DNA of 64,000 nucleotides from Ignavibacteriota bacterium (GTDB lineage Bacteria; Bacteroidota; Ignavibacteria; UBA10030; CAVZMI01): NCBI GenBank assembly GCA_963776275.1, contig CAVZMI010000025.1, positions 32,338 to 96,337 of the forward strand, read 5' to 3'. Shown piece by piece: positions 1 to 11,034 of this stretch (position 1 is its first letter; each line of letters starts with the position of its first letter). The notes under the pieces were generated by a model. It saw only the letters and a program-made list of their open reading frames with translations, ran no database searches and was not told where the DNA came from. The position numbers and the translations under genes were made by a program.

Positions 1-660
1 CACAGGGACTCCATAGACGATATCCCTCAGAATCGTGTTTATCGGCGTAAGGGGCAGGGCATAAGCGATCGGACGAATCCAGGCAGGCAATATGGATATA
101 GGCAGGAATATCTCGGAGAGCATCAGCATCGGCGTGAATACTGACCAGATGATGATATTTGCTGCACGAAACGACGGGGCAATACTGCCGACGGCGCTGC
201 CTATGGCGAGAAAGGTGATCATCCCCAAAAATGTCACCCCGATAAAAACGGCCCACGAGCCGAGAACCTGGATATTGAAGAAGATTTTACCGACAACGAA
301 CAGGACAAGTATCCCAACTACAACGAAAACCAAATTGCTGATGGAGAAGCTCAAAGCAAGTGTTGATGTTTTCACTGGAGTTACCCGCAGCCTCCTGAGG
401 ACAGCGGTCTCCCTGTAGGTGGTCATGGTTAAGGGCACACCGATGAAAGAAGCACTAAGGATGGCAATCCCAATGGCTCCGGGGAGAAGAAAATTGGCGT
501 AATTTAGTCCCTCATAGCCAGAGCCGGGTATAGGCTCCTTAAAGATTACCGCGTTGAAAACCAGCCAGAGTGCGGGGAAGGCAAGTGACCAGAAGACCAT
601 CATCGGGTCCCTCAGGTTGAGTTTGAACTCAGTCCATGCAAGCTGCACTAGGCCTCTCAT
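1..660 (-). CDS. ABC-2 type transporter permease (3' end runs off window; not in ORF track)
   Basis: Manual translation MRGLVQLAWTEFKLNLRDPMMVFWSLAFPALWL...NYANFLLPGAIGIAI...YRETAVLRRLRVTP; ATG overlaps the ATPase stop (ATGA). Confidence 0.9.
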   Translation of the reverse strand, partial: MRGLVQLAWTEFKLNLRDPMMVFWSLAFPALWLVFNAVIFKEPIPGSGYEGLNYANFLLPGAIGIAILSASFIGVPLTMTTYRETAVLRRLRVTPVKTSTLALSFSISNLVFVVVGILVLFVVGKIFFNIQVLGSWAVFIGVTFLGMITFLAIGSAVGSIAPSFRAANIIIWSVFTPMLMLSEIFLPISILPAWIRPIAYALPLTPINTILRDIVYGVPV

Positions 661-1580
661 TCCCTTAACTCCCTTCCCGTAAGAGTAAGAAACACGTCAT
701 CCATATTTGGAATCTCGGTACGTATGTTGCTTAACCGTAATTTTTGCCCATCTGTGAACCTGAGCAACTCCTGGAGAGTAACACTAACATCGCTAGTATA
801 CAGGATAAAACCATCCTCAACCTTTTCCACCCGTCTTACCGGCGGCAGCCCCTTGAATTCGGCGGCTGCTACTTCTTTACCCTCTACCCTGAAGAGCACC
901 TTGGACTCGGCACCTAGATTCCTGACAAGGTTCCGGGGGGTATCCAGGGCAATAATCTTCCCGTAGTCAATAACGCCTACTCGATCGCACAGTGCCTCGG
1001 CTTCCTCCATATAATGAGTTGTAAGAAAGATGGTTTTTCCCTGACTCCTTATATCTTTCACGAGTGCCCACATATTCCTTCGCGCCTGTGGGTCTAGACC
1101 GGTAGTAATCTCATCGAAAAAAAGCACCGACGGATTGTTTACCAAAGACAGGGCTATAGCCACTCTCTGTTTCTGTCCACCAGAAAGCTTTCTAAAGCGA
1201 CTGTCCGCCTTGTTTTCCAAGGAGAGAGTTTTGAGGAGTTCCTCAGGATTGGGAAGAGGCCGCCAGTATAGACTGGCAAAGAGCTTTATGGCCTCCTTAA
1301 CCTTGATATTGGGCTGGATGGAGGTTGTCTGGAGCTGAACGCCTATCTTCTCCTTGAGTTCATCAGCCTCTTTGGTTGGGTCCAGCCCGAGCACCCTGAT
1401 GGAACCGCTGTCCGGTGTTCTCAGGCTTTCAATCATCTCGATGAGGGTTGTCTTGCCAGCCCCATTCGGCCCTACCAGACCGAATATCTCCCCTTTTTCG
1501 ATGCTGAGGCCGACATCATTGACGGCGACAATATCCCCGTAGTGCTTGACGACATGCTCGCATTCAATAATGATACTCAT
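657..1580 (-). CDS. ABC transporter ATP-binding protein (drug/export type)
   Basis: Walker A GPNGAGKTT, signature LSGGQKQR, Walker B FFDE, H-loop TTHYMEEA; start moved to MSIIIE behind GGAGG. Confidence 0.95.
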   Translation of the reverse strand: MSIIIECEHVVKHYGDIVAVNDVGLSIEKGEIFGLVGPNGAGKTTLIEMIESLRTPDSGSIRVLGLDPTKEADELKEKIGVQLQTTSIQPNIKVKEAIKLFASLYWRPLPNPEELLKTLSLENKADSRFRKLSGGQKQRVAIALSLVNNPSVLFFDEITTGLDPQARRNMWALVKDIRSQGKTIFLTTHYMEEAEALCDRVGVIDYGKIIALDTPRNLVRNLGAESKVLFRVEGKEVAAAEFKGLPPVRRVEKVEDGFILYTSDVSVTLQELLRFTDGQKLRLSNIRTEIPNMDDVFLTLTGRELRE

Positions 1581-2039
1581 TTTAGACCTCCAGTATAGCA
1601 CAGATTTGAAAACGACTATCAAAGATGCCGGATGAAATCTGTGTTTACAGTATTAGTTCCATGGAGGATACATCCAGGCTATTTCAGACATTCTTCTGTA
1701 TATAGAAGAAAGCCTAACGGATGGCGGCTCCGCCTACGTAAATAATACTCCGGTGGATAAATAAGCTGCGCCGCTGAATATTTCCAATATACACAAAATG
1801 AAACAAGTTCAATACATATTTTATAAAATAACAAGTATTTCACTATTGTCATAAATACAACGTGAATACTTATAAGCTTCACTTATTGATGATTGGAGCG
1901 GTTTCATTCGAAAGCTATTGTTTTTCTTTAAAAATTCCTTATTTTAAATAAATTATATATAGTGGAGCGCTTAAACGAATCCGGTCCAGGAAGGAGCAGG
2001 ATGGATTCCAGGAAATGTCATTAAAACGGAGATTTGCCC

Positions 2040-3182
2040 ATGATAGAATTCGAGTTCACCGAAGAACAAAAAATGCTTCGGGAGACTGTCAGAGAATTTA
2101 CCAACGCTGAAATCAAGCCTATCGCCCGGAAAATCGATGAAGAAGAACATATCCCCGAGGAATTGATTAAAAAGTTGGGGGAAATGGGGTTGATGGGTGC
2201 GGTCTTCCCGGCAGAATATGGAGGAGGGGGATTCGGTGAAGTTGGCTACTGCATCATCCAGGAAGAAATATCTCGGGGGTGTTCATCTACTGCGGCCCTC
2301 ATCGGGGCACATCAATCGATCGGAGCCAATGCGATTTATGTCGGCGGGAGCGAACAACTGAAAAAGAAATATCTGGTGCCGCTTGCAGAAGGGAAAATGA
2401 TCGGCGCTTTTGCACTCACAGAAGCACTTGCCGGTTCGGATTCGTTCAACCTGCGTACACGGGCAAAACTCGATGGAAATGAGTGGGTCATCAACGGAGA
2501 GAAACTCTGGATTACCAACGGAGGGATAGCCGATGTGGTATCAATGTTTGCCCGGACTGAACGCGGAATCACGGGATTTGTCGTTGATACAAAGACTCCC
2601 GGTTTTTCCTCAGGACCGCCGGAGAAGAAAATGGGTATCCGCGGCAGTCATACATCGGCCCTTACATTCGATAATGTCCGAATCCCAAAAGAGAATATCA
2701 TCGGCGATGATGGAAGAGGATTTCTAATTGCAATGAAGACACTTGATGCAGGACGGCTGGGATTGGGAGCAGCATGTGTTGGAGTTGGACGGGAATTACT
2801 CGTACTTTCGACGAAATACGCAAAAGAGCGAAAACAGTTCGATGAACCGATAGGTCACTTTCAGGCGGTTCAATTCATGCTTGCCGATATTGCTGTAGCG
2901 ATATATGCCATGGAATCAATGGTGTACCGTACTGCAGCGATGTACGATGCCGGGAAGTCGGTTTCGCGCCAATCGGCCACAGTGAAACTCTTCTGCTCTG
3001 AAGCAGTCGATAAAATCGTCGATCTGGCTGTCCAGATCCATGGTGGAATGGGATATTCGCGTGAGCTGCCTATTGAACGCTTTTATCGGGATTCCAGGAT
3101 CAACAGAATTTTTGAAGGGACCAGTGAAATCCAGCGTCTGGTTATCGCTAAAGATGTTTTAAAGAAAAATGGGGTGCTGTAA
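2040..3182 (+). CDS. Acyl-CoA dehydrogenase
   Basis: FALTEALAGSD, KLWITNG, QIHGGMGY, RIFEGTSEIQR motifs. Confidence 0.95.
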   Translation: MIEFEFTEEQKMLRETVREFTNAEIKPIARKIDEEEHIPEELIKKLGEMGLMGAVFPAEYGGGGFGEVGYCIIQEEISRGCSSTAALIGAHQSIGANAIYVGGSEQLKKKYLVPLAEGKMIGAFALTEALAGSDSFNLRTRAKLDGNEWVINGEKLWITNGGIADVVSMFARTERGITGFVVDTKTPGFSSGPPEKKMGIRGSHTSALTFDNVRIPKENIIGDDGRGFLIAMKTLDAGRLGLGAACVGVGRELLVLSTKYAKERKQFDEPIGHFQAVQFMLADIAVAIYAMESMVYRTAAMYDAGKSVSRQSATVKLFCSEAVDKIVDLAVQIHGGMGYSRELPIERFYRDSRINRIFEGTSEIQRLVIAKDVLKKNGVL

Positions 3183-3207
3183 CTTATCCTTTGTTGTAGT
3201 ATCCATG

Positions 3208-3245
3208 AAAAGGCCCGAAGTCAATCCACACACTCCGGGCTTTTT
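3208..3245. terminator. Probable bidirectional intrinsic terminator
   Basis: AAAAGGCCCGAAG...CTCCGGGCTTTTT hairpin between convergent genes. Confidence 0.65.
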
Positions 3246-3260
3246 AGTCATCAGATTTTA

Positions 3261-3380
3261 TCACCAATACTGGTGCATGTTAGGACGAGCATATCGATCG
3301 TACACCTCACGAATTGCCGACATTGTTGTGTCCGATAACGGAGGTAGATCTATCGCTTTCAAATTTTCTTCTACAATTAT
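3261..3380 (-). pseudogene. 3' remnant of an aldo/keto reductase
   Basis: VEENLKAIDLPPLSDTTMSAIREVYDRYARPNMHQYW resembles the C-terminus of bacterial AKRs; rest of gene absent. Confidence 0.6.
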
Positions 3381-3656
3381 TTTTATTCTCCCTCTCACCT
3401 TTTTTAATTTTTTCTTCCCAGTCGCCATTTCTATTGTCCTACTCATCCTAACTAGCCTCGGGAGCAACCCGCTCCGCCGAGCGTCCGCCTCGGCGAGCCG
3501 AAGGCGAGACGGGGAGCGAGGCGAGAGCTCCCTCAGAACGGGCTGTATAAAAAGAGCATGTTACGAGGGAGGTTCTCCTCCCGAGGGATAATAAACCTCT
3601 TAACAATAAACAAAATTTTTTACCTTCTATGTAAAAAAGCTATTCAACTCTTCTTC

Positions 3657-5928
3657 TTAATGCACCGTATGAATTTTCGGTGCAGATGGCTTCGATCTGT
3701 TGCCATCTTTCGCATAATATTGAACCTGATAGTAGTACGTTTCACCCCGGGCAAGGTGTTCATCTTTGAATTTGTTTTCCCGAATGATCGGACTTATTTG
3801 ATGATAGCCGGAATCGAACTTTTTACTGCGAAATACTACAAAGCCAAGATATTCATCATTGTAGCTCGGATCCCAGGTGAGAGTCATCGTACATTGGGTG
3901 GTGTCTACAATTTGCAGGTTCATCGGTAGAGCCGGAAGATGTCGATCATAAGCGAAAGTCCCGATCTCGGGCGAAGGATTACCCGGGTTGCCCATGTAAT
4001 CAACTCCTCTGACCCGGTACCAGTAGTTTGTCTTCGGACTTATATCCTTTGTATCCAGAAATGAAAACATGGAGTCGGCCCAATTGCTCGTAGCCGGGAT
4101 AAGTCTGCATCCTACTGTCGATGGATCAGGAACGGCAAGGTCGGGGCTGACTTTTTCCCACAGTCCGGCCGGATCGTTCGCACGTTCGACAATGAACCCA
4201 AAAAGATCCTGAATCGGCGGTGAAACCCATTGAACAAGTATCGCCTTATCGCGTGCATAAAGACCGGCTATCACCGGTGCAGACGGCCGGCCGGTCTTTC
4301 AAGCGGTCACAAACACTATCGGACATGACACTCAGGTTCTGGCTTTTATCGTATGCTCTCATTGCATACCTGTAACATATCGGCGAACCTTTGGGGACAC
4401 TGCGGTCGGGGTACTTCCGCGCACCGGCGCTGTCGATATTACCAATAAGTGCAAGATTGTACGGACGACAATATATTCTAATCAGTCGCCAGCCTACCCC
4501 TGGAGGTCTATTCTCTGTTAACTCGACTGAGTCTCTTCTAAAACCAGTGGTCAAGTGCGTCATAGTTTGCTGTTTATCATTCCGAAAAACATAGACCGTT
4601 TCACATCCGCAAATCCCACGATAGATATAAAAGCCGGCCAGATCGGCATCTGAGGGCGGATTCCATCGAAGCAGAATTGAATCTTCGTACGCATCTGTCG
4701 TTAATCCCGTCGGTCGGTTAGGAGGGAACGGATCCTTGAAAAATCCTGAAACCGGAGCCGATTTGTTACTAAAATTATGTACCGGGATCGCACTATCTTC
4801 GCAACAGACACGATACCAGTATGTTGTCTCAGGTTGAATAGACGGCATGGAGTCAACAAAATTGACGTTAGTCACAGTATCAGCCGGTCTGGGGACACTA
4901 CCTGCTAAAATTCCATGTGTGTCTTCAGTTGAATTCACAAAACTAATGTAGCGGTAAATTGAATATTTCTGAACTCGTTCAGGTCGTCTCACGATGTCCG
5001 TATCTATTTTTGCCCAGGTGAGCCTCAGTCCCAGTGTGAGTGGTTGAACCATTATTCCCGCAGGTGTCTGAGGGGGAGTCATATCGCGGGGTGTCGCAGA
5101 GACGATGTGGCTCGCGCTGCCAAGGCGCCCTAGAAGATCGGCTGCCTGTACTTTATAATAATACGTTGTGTTATTCACACACAGGGTATCCAGAAATCCC
5201 GGTTTATGAACGAGCATAGTATCGTTTGTGATTGGGTTATGCTTGAATAATCCTGAAGTACCCGATGGCGATGTTATTCGACCGAAGGGCCCGCCAAGAG
5301 CTGTTGATCGAAAGACATGATAAGCGATTGCGTTCTCCATTTTCCCCCATGTTATAAAGACGAGGGTATCACCGGCTTCGGCTGTTGTTGATGGTGGTGC
5401 CGGAAGAAGTTCAACCTCTCCGGCTTTGACTTTAAGATCGGATTTTAAAATTTTCTCGACTCCATCCTTCACCGATTTGATCATATAAAAATACGTCTGT
5501 CCGGAAACCACGCCATGATCTTCATACGCTATTCCCCGTACCTCCGCTATTTTATAATAACGAAGCGCAAGTGCACTTCTCGCTTTAAACCAGTCCTTCT
5601 TCTTGTCGCTGTTAGCCCCGTTGATCTCACAGCTTGTTATGTGCAGTGTTTTAGAAATAGCAGTCGCCTCGGGAGAATGGCTAGGAATCACAGTGTTGAT
5701 CTGAGTACAATCAGTGAGGGGAATGATAAGAAAAGGGTTAATTTTTAAATATGTACCGCCGTCTGTTTTTCGATAGATATTGAATCCATCGATCTTTCCC
5801 ATTTCATCCCATGAGAGTAGAACGAAGTCGGTCTGGACAGTTGCTTTGAACATAAATTCTTCTGCTGAGAGGGTATTGACCCCCGAGAAGAATAGTATAT
5901 AAATAAAAAGAATCAGCTTGGTTCTCAT
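3657..5928 (-). CDS. Secreted fibronectin type III repeat protein (~760 aa; split by one frameshift near 4288)
   Basis: Signal peptide; repeated Fn3 patterns (LSW..GFNIYR, YYYKVQA, LRWNPP..GFYIYR, YWYRVRG, YYYQVQ); ORFs 4246-5979 and 3657-4274 join as DRLKD.(T)PPSAPVIAGL; SD AGGAGG. Confidence 0.8.
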
Positions 5929-6082
5929 TTCTCCTCCTAGTACCCATACAATTAAATGATTGAACAGTATCTGCATCACATTTCTCCAACTAAACCTTTT
6001 TTCTTTACAGCGATTGTTTTCTATGATCTATAATGGTACTGTGTGCCCTTGTTTGAATGTCTAATTATTGTATGTAGTGGCA

Positions 6083-6964
6083 CTAGTGAATTTTTTGCCT
6101 GAAGGCGACGAATAAACCTGTCACTCTTGGTACAATTGCGTGTAGACATGTTCTACATATCGTGATCATTTCGCTTTTATCATCTCTTATTGATGTATCT
6201 TTGAAAGATTGATCATACCAGCAGCACTCCCAAGCGAGAGTGTGGATCGCAATAACAGGGTCGCAAGCAGGGAGAGGGGCCCGAGCAAAGCTGTCGCACG
6301 TAGCATCAAAGTTGTCATACCAATGTGTAGAGTCAGCGATCCAGTCCTCGATTTTACCATGATAAGTGGCCTGCCAGATATCAGCAGCGGGATCTAGATA
6401 ATTTTTTTCATTGTGTGGAGGAAATCCAACGTCTTCGAGATAGTGGGCAGCCATTGCCAGGTACGAATATGCTATCCTGCGTCTGCCTGCCTTATATTCT
6501 CTCACGGCAGTGTTAAAGAAAAATTTGCACATTCCATCGGCAAATCCGCCGCCCGCAGGTATGTACATATGTCCGAATAAAGCACCCATTGCTTTTGTAG
6601 GTGAGTCAAAATCGTCTGGTCTCCTGGATTTATTGAAAAATATAGCCGAATCGGACTCACCCATATGTACTGTATCGCACGCGTTGATATTAAAGTCTGC
6701 CCCTGAGGCCGCGGCAAAAACCGTCAAAAGAAACCCGTTTATATCATAACCTTTAAGCCCGAGTGTGTTTTGAACCGAGTCGAGATTCCATACTACTGTA
6801 AAAATAGAATCACCCGAATCACCAACGGAAGGCGATAATCCCGAATATCTCCATGCCCAGTATGTAATCCTGCTGTGAGTCAGACGACTCCATCCAAATC
6901 CATTGTCGGAAGCGACGAGGAGCAAAAAGATAATTAAGAGGAGCTGTTTATAAAATGTTCTCAT
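6083..6964 (-). CDS. Secreted Zn-dependent phospholipase C / S1-P1 nuclease superfamily protein
   Basis: Signal peptide ending GFG then W-x4-H (WSRLTH), PDD, GH, HYLEDVGFPPH and YHGKIE: the Zn-ligand pattern of this fold. Confidence 0.8.
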   Translation of the reverse strand: MRTFYKQLLLIIFLLLVASDNGFGWSRLTHSRITYWAWRYSGLSPSVGDSGDSIFTVVWNLDSVQNTLGLKGYDINGFLLTVFAAASGADFNINACDTVHMGESDSAIFFNKSRRPDDFDSPTKAMGALFGHMYIPAGGGFADGMCKFFFNTAVREYKAGRRRIAYSYLAMAAHYLEDVGFPPHNEKNYLDPAADIWQATYHGKIEDWIADSTHWYDNFDATCDSFARAPLPACDPVIAIHTLAWECCWYDQSFKDTSIRDDKSEMITICRTCLHAIVPRVTGLFVAFRQKIH

Positions 6965-6975
6965 TGTAATTCTCC

Positions 6976-9900
6976 TTAATTCGTCTTGATGCCGTTTGTA
7001 CCAATACAGACGCTACCTGACCATCCGAAACAGATAAGGTCCCAACAGCAACAGACATCAATACCTGCTGCGCCGCAGAGCGAAAAACGAGGTGGAATAG
7101 CTGACACATCCAAAGCACCTCCCAGCTCGGCCCACAGTGATGCGGAGAGGAGTCCGTAAAGAACTTCGCCCGTAATTTCAACTCCGGCATTTCCCACAAT
7201 AATAAAACTTGAGGAATTAGTAATATAGAAACAACCCGCTCCACCCCAAACCCAACAACCGCCGTCGATTATTCCCAGGTCAAGGGTTCCGCCGAATTTA
7301 CCGCCTCCGTAAAACCCCGTAAGCCTGGCATCCGATGCAACTCCGAGACTGGTAAGGACTTTGTTCGCGGTAAGACTTTTCCCTATTTTATCTAAAGCCC
7401 ATAATTGACCTCGTGGTGCATTAAGAGCTACGACTAAGGCTCCTTCCGCCTTCATACCACTTCCAAAAAAGTAAATCCATGTTTTGGCGTAACCCTCGAA
7501 GTAGAACGAAGGGTTCGGTGGATAGCCTACACCAAAAGAAAACTGACCTTCCGCACCGACCTGGACCGGAAAAGTATTGAAATTACCGAAAATATCTCCC
7601 TGCAATCCTGTTGTCGACGCGGTGAATTTAATACCGGCCATTCCTTGCAGACCCGCAACACGGACAAGAGTCATGGAAATCCCTGCAACGGTACCCAATG
7701 TAAGGCTAGTCGGTGTAATTTCAACTGTCATCAGACCGTTTATTTGCATGGCCGCCCCAATTCCCAGCCATCCTACATCACCCGACATTTCCATTGGCCC
7801 TTCGATATAAATTCTCTCGAGCTTGTCGCCGATGATTTGTATACTTCCTCCAATGGGTCCGAGTGTTATACTGCCGACTGCACCCGTTAATAATACATCC
7901 GAGGCACTGGCTCCGGCACCCTCTTCCATTTCACCTGAACAGTAATAAATGTTCGACGCAATGGAGCTCATATCCATCAAGGATGCAATCGTGCCGTCGA
8001 GTTGACCAAGTAGTTTAACCTGCCCTCTACCCTGAAATCCATCCTGGTCAAGACTATCATAACAGACAACGGAAAAATTCATATCTGCTCTTCCGGATCC
8101 CCAGTTACGCTGGACTGCAAAATAGTCCGGTGTTATTCGAACATAGCGCAAATTATATGGGGTCTCGGGACGATCGGGATACTTATAATCCCTGATGGTA
8201 ACGGTTCTACTTCCCCAGAATGGGAAATGAACGTCTCCTTCCACTTCAAGATATCCGAGGAGAGGATGTCCTTCGGCTAATGCCGGTATCGGATTATAGC
8301 GGGAGAGCGACGCGTTATGAATCGTGAAAGGAAATCCATCGAACTTCTGATTCCCTGAATTATAGTTGAAGAAGAAATTTCCGAGGTTTCCATCGGCACG
8401 CATCTCGCCCCAATAAATATTGAAGCCCAATGCAAAATGTCTCGGTTCTGTAATCATGGCATCGGTGTACAAAATCTCACCGGTCCGAACGCTCACGACA
8501 CCCCATTTCGAAGTGATTCCGACCCCCCAATAATCGAGAGTAATGGTATCGGCAAAAACGGGGTTGCCGCCAACGCAGGCGCCAGTTGATGTAAATCCCA
8601 TATCGTAGAAAGGTATCTTCACACCGACCACTGCCGGTCCGCACGGGTATGGAATTGTAATGTCACCTTTGAAATACATATCGTAGACGGCATTATGCAC
8701 AAAATCGACGATTACAGTATCTTTAAACTCGGTAGCAAACGTACTATCCGATTTATATCCGGGAGTACCCGGTTGACCAAGTCTACATTGAATATCCAGT
8801 ATTTCTTTTGGATTGCCGAAGAGATAAATGTCGCCCACTCCACCTTGAGTGACAATATTTAACCACCCATGAGGTCGCTTTACCCAGAAGCGAGGATGAA
8901 CATCCTTGGAACTGATCATCAACGAATCGATATTTTTTCGGTAGATGGTCAGACCCGGTAACGGCATGGTATCGAGGATACTCTCTATAGTGCTGCGGTT
9001 ATAAGTGCTCCTATCGAAATAGAGAGGAGCAATCGGCACCGGCGCAGCCGGCAGGAAAAAGTTCCCTTTTCTTACGGCGAGCGCGTATGATTCGCTCAAT
9101 ATAATTTTGCTGTGAAGTGTATCGATGACACCGGTAATATTGAGTAATGAATCAACCTTGAAAGAATTAAAATGAAACGGGATCGGACTACCCCCGTCAC
9201 TTTTCACGCCGGGCGGTAATTCGCCGGCGACTGCAAACGAACCCTCCCTGACCATTCCGTTTTCTATCTGTAAGGAACCGCCATGAAGAAAAATATAGTA
9301 TGCAAGTGGTGCAAGAGTCATATACTTTCTTACACTGTCTAGAACCAGTTTTGTATTGAGCCCGGAGGATCTGACAGTTGCATTTGTAAATCTATAACTT
9401 CCATAAAGAAAACCGACGTTCGATGTGTCAATCGATGAATGAGCTATAGTACTGCCGCTCTTCAATACAACTCCACGCCAGGCCGGTAGCATCGGAGGAA
9501 GATCAGGTCCTGCGGGCACCATCCATGATGTGGAGAAATCGGCAACAAAACCGGTTCCTCCGAAAACGATTCCCGTATTGTCCATCACCCATGGGCCGAA
9601 CGTGCTGTCGTATAATTCCTTATGAAATTGGCATGATGAGTTAATTGAAATTGTTCCAAGATTGACGTGCCCCGGCCGGCATTCAGAAAGATCGACGATC
9701 GACGGTGGAAATTCTAATTCGGCTTGAGCCGTTGCAGCGGTGGGTGCAAGGAGCAGACTGTCGATGTACACCTTGAAGCCTGCGATGGACAATGTAATGC
9801 GATCGGGAGTCGGTGGCACTGTCGGATAGTGTGCCGTCCCCTCAAGGACTTTCCCGACCTTCGAGTGAGCAACAGGTTCGATGGTGAGATTTTCGAAACG

Positions 9901-11034
9901 GACTTTAATAGTACCCTTGGGTTTTCCAAGAAGGTCGATTAAATCTCTTTTTCCCTTTAGCAAATCTACGCGGAGATCGGATTTTGAGGGGATATCGAGC
10001 TGTAGTGTTTCGCCTATCTTCGCTTCGGGATTTATAAGTTTTGCCGTTTCCAGGTTGATTTCCGTGAGCGTATCGCTTACAAACGGTACGACCTGAAATG
10101 TTTTTGAGATAAGTTTAATATTGCCCGAAAAAATTGGAAAAAGAGTGACAAAATCGCATGAAAAAGATGTCCATGCGACGCCGGAAGCGTTCGTCATTAC
10201 ATTGCGCTCGAAATCCCAGCTGCGGCCCGGGTCATAGGATTCTACTTTTAAAATAAAGCTTCCCATCACAAGTGTATCAGGAGGATTACAATACGCGGGA
10301 TCGATAGCACAGATGATGGCATCGATTTTTTTACGGACGTCGGCGATCAACACGGGGATTTCAAATTCCTGATCTCGGGTGTCATCCAGCTGATCTTCCA
10401 ACGCTTCCAGGTCGTGTTTTGATCTATTAACGCTTTCACGGCTCATAACATCTTTCGAACGATCCAGCCGTGCCGAAGCTTCTTTCAGAGGTCCTTTTTC
10501 CATGGCGATGATGATTTCCTCACGATAGCTTTTCATCGCTTCTTCAGCTTTTTTTCGGGCTGCGCGTATATCGCCGGCCTCCACTTTTTGGATTGCGTCC
10601 TCATAACTCTTCTCGGCATCCGCGAATTCGGAAGGTGCCAGCTTGATGTACTCTCGCTGTGCCGCTTCTTTCCTCATGACGCTCGCTTTTGCAAGAGTGA
10701 TTTTGGAAATATTTGCCGTTTCAATTGCTTCGTTTGTTGCTTTTACCGCATCACGAAGCGTTTCGCGGATATCTTCGAGACGCTCGCCCTCCCGATAATC
10801 TTTTTCGGCGCTCCTATATAATTTTAGAGCTTTTTCGTAAAGGCTTGGCGCAAAAGTAGGCACTTCTTCTTGCTGTGCTTTTTTAATTGCAGTCTCGATT
10901 TCTCGGAACAGTTCGCTCTTCACCCGATCCTGTTCTTGTGCGAAAACAAACGAGGTCGGACAGGCCAGTAGAAGGATGAGCACTGCAAATATAAACGGTA
11001 AAATTTTTCGACAATGGGAAGAATTCATAGGCAT
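6976..11034 (-). CDS. Large secreted protein (1352 aa): helical Ala/Glu/Lys-rich N-terminus followed by long beta/Gly-rich region with Cys-rich C-terminus
   Basis: Long ORF with signal peptide; no full-length family recognised. Confidence 0.85.
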   Translation of the reverse strand: MPMNSSHCRKILPFIFAVLILLLACPTSFVFAQEQDRVKSELFREIETAIKKAQQEEVPTFAPSLYEKALKLYRSAEKDYREGERLEDIRETLRDAVKATNEAIETANISKITLAKASVMRKEAAQREYIKLAPSEFADAEKSYEDAIQKVEAGDIRAARKKAEEAMKSYREEIIIAMEKGPLKEASARLDRSKDVMSRESVNRSKHDLEALEDQLDDTRDQEFEIPVLIADVRKKIDAIICAIDPAYCNPPDTLVMGSFILKVESYDPGRSWDFERNVMTNASGVAWTSFSCDFVTLFPIFSGNIKLISKTFQVVPFVSDTLTEINLETAKLINPEAKIGETLQLDIPSKSDLRVDLLKGKRDLIDLLGKPKGTIKVRFENLTIEPVAHSKVGKVLEGTAHYPTVPPTPDRITLSIAGFKVYIDSLLLAPTAATAQAELEFPPSIVDLSECRPGHVNLGTISINSSCQFHKELYDSTFGPWVMDNTGIVFGGTGFVADFSTSWMVPAGPDLPPMLPAWRGVVLKSGSTIAHSSIDTSNVGFLYGSYRFTNATVRSSGLNTKLVLDSVRKYMTLAPLAYYIFLHGGSLQIENGMVREGSFAVAGELPPGVKSDGGSPIPFHFNSFKVDSLLNITGVIDTLHSKIILSESYALAVRKGNFFLPAAPVPIAPLYFDRSTYNRSTIESILDTMPLPGLTIYRKNIDSLMISSKDVHPRFWVKRPHGWLNIVTQGGVGDIYLFGNPKEILDIQCRLGQPGTPGYKSDSTFATEFKDTVIVDFVHNAVYDMYFKGDITIPYPCGPAVVGVKIPFYDMGFTSTGACVGGNPVFADTITLDYWGVGITSKWGVVSVRTGEILYTDAMITEPRHFALGFNIYWGEMRADGNLGNFFFNYNSGNQKFDGFPFTIHNASLSRYNPIPALAEGHPLLGYLEVEGDVHFPFWGSRTVTIRDYKYPDRPETPYNLRYVRITPDYFAVQRNWGSGRADMNFSVVCYDSLDQDGFQGRGQVKLLGQLDGTIASLMDMSSIASNIYYCSGEMEEGAGASASDVLLTGAVGSITLGPIGGSIQIIGDKLERIYIEGPMEMSGDVGWLGIGAAMQINGLMTVEITPTSLTLGTVAGISMTLVRVAGLQGMAGIKFTASTTGLQGDIFGNFNTFPVQVGAEGQFSFGVGYPPNPSFYFEGYAKTWIYFFGSGMKAEGALVVALNAPRGQLWALDKIGKSLTANKVLTSLGVASDARLTGFYGGGKFGGTLDLGIIDGGCWVWGGAGCFYITNSSSFIIVGNAGVEITGEVLYGLLSASLWAELGGALDVSAIPPRFSLCGAAGIDVCCCWDLICFGWSGSVCIGTNGIKTN

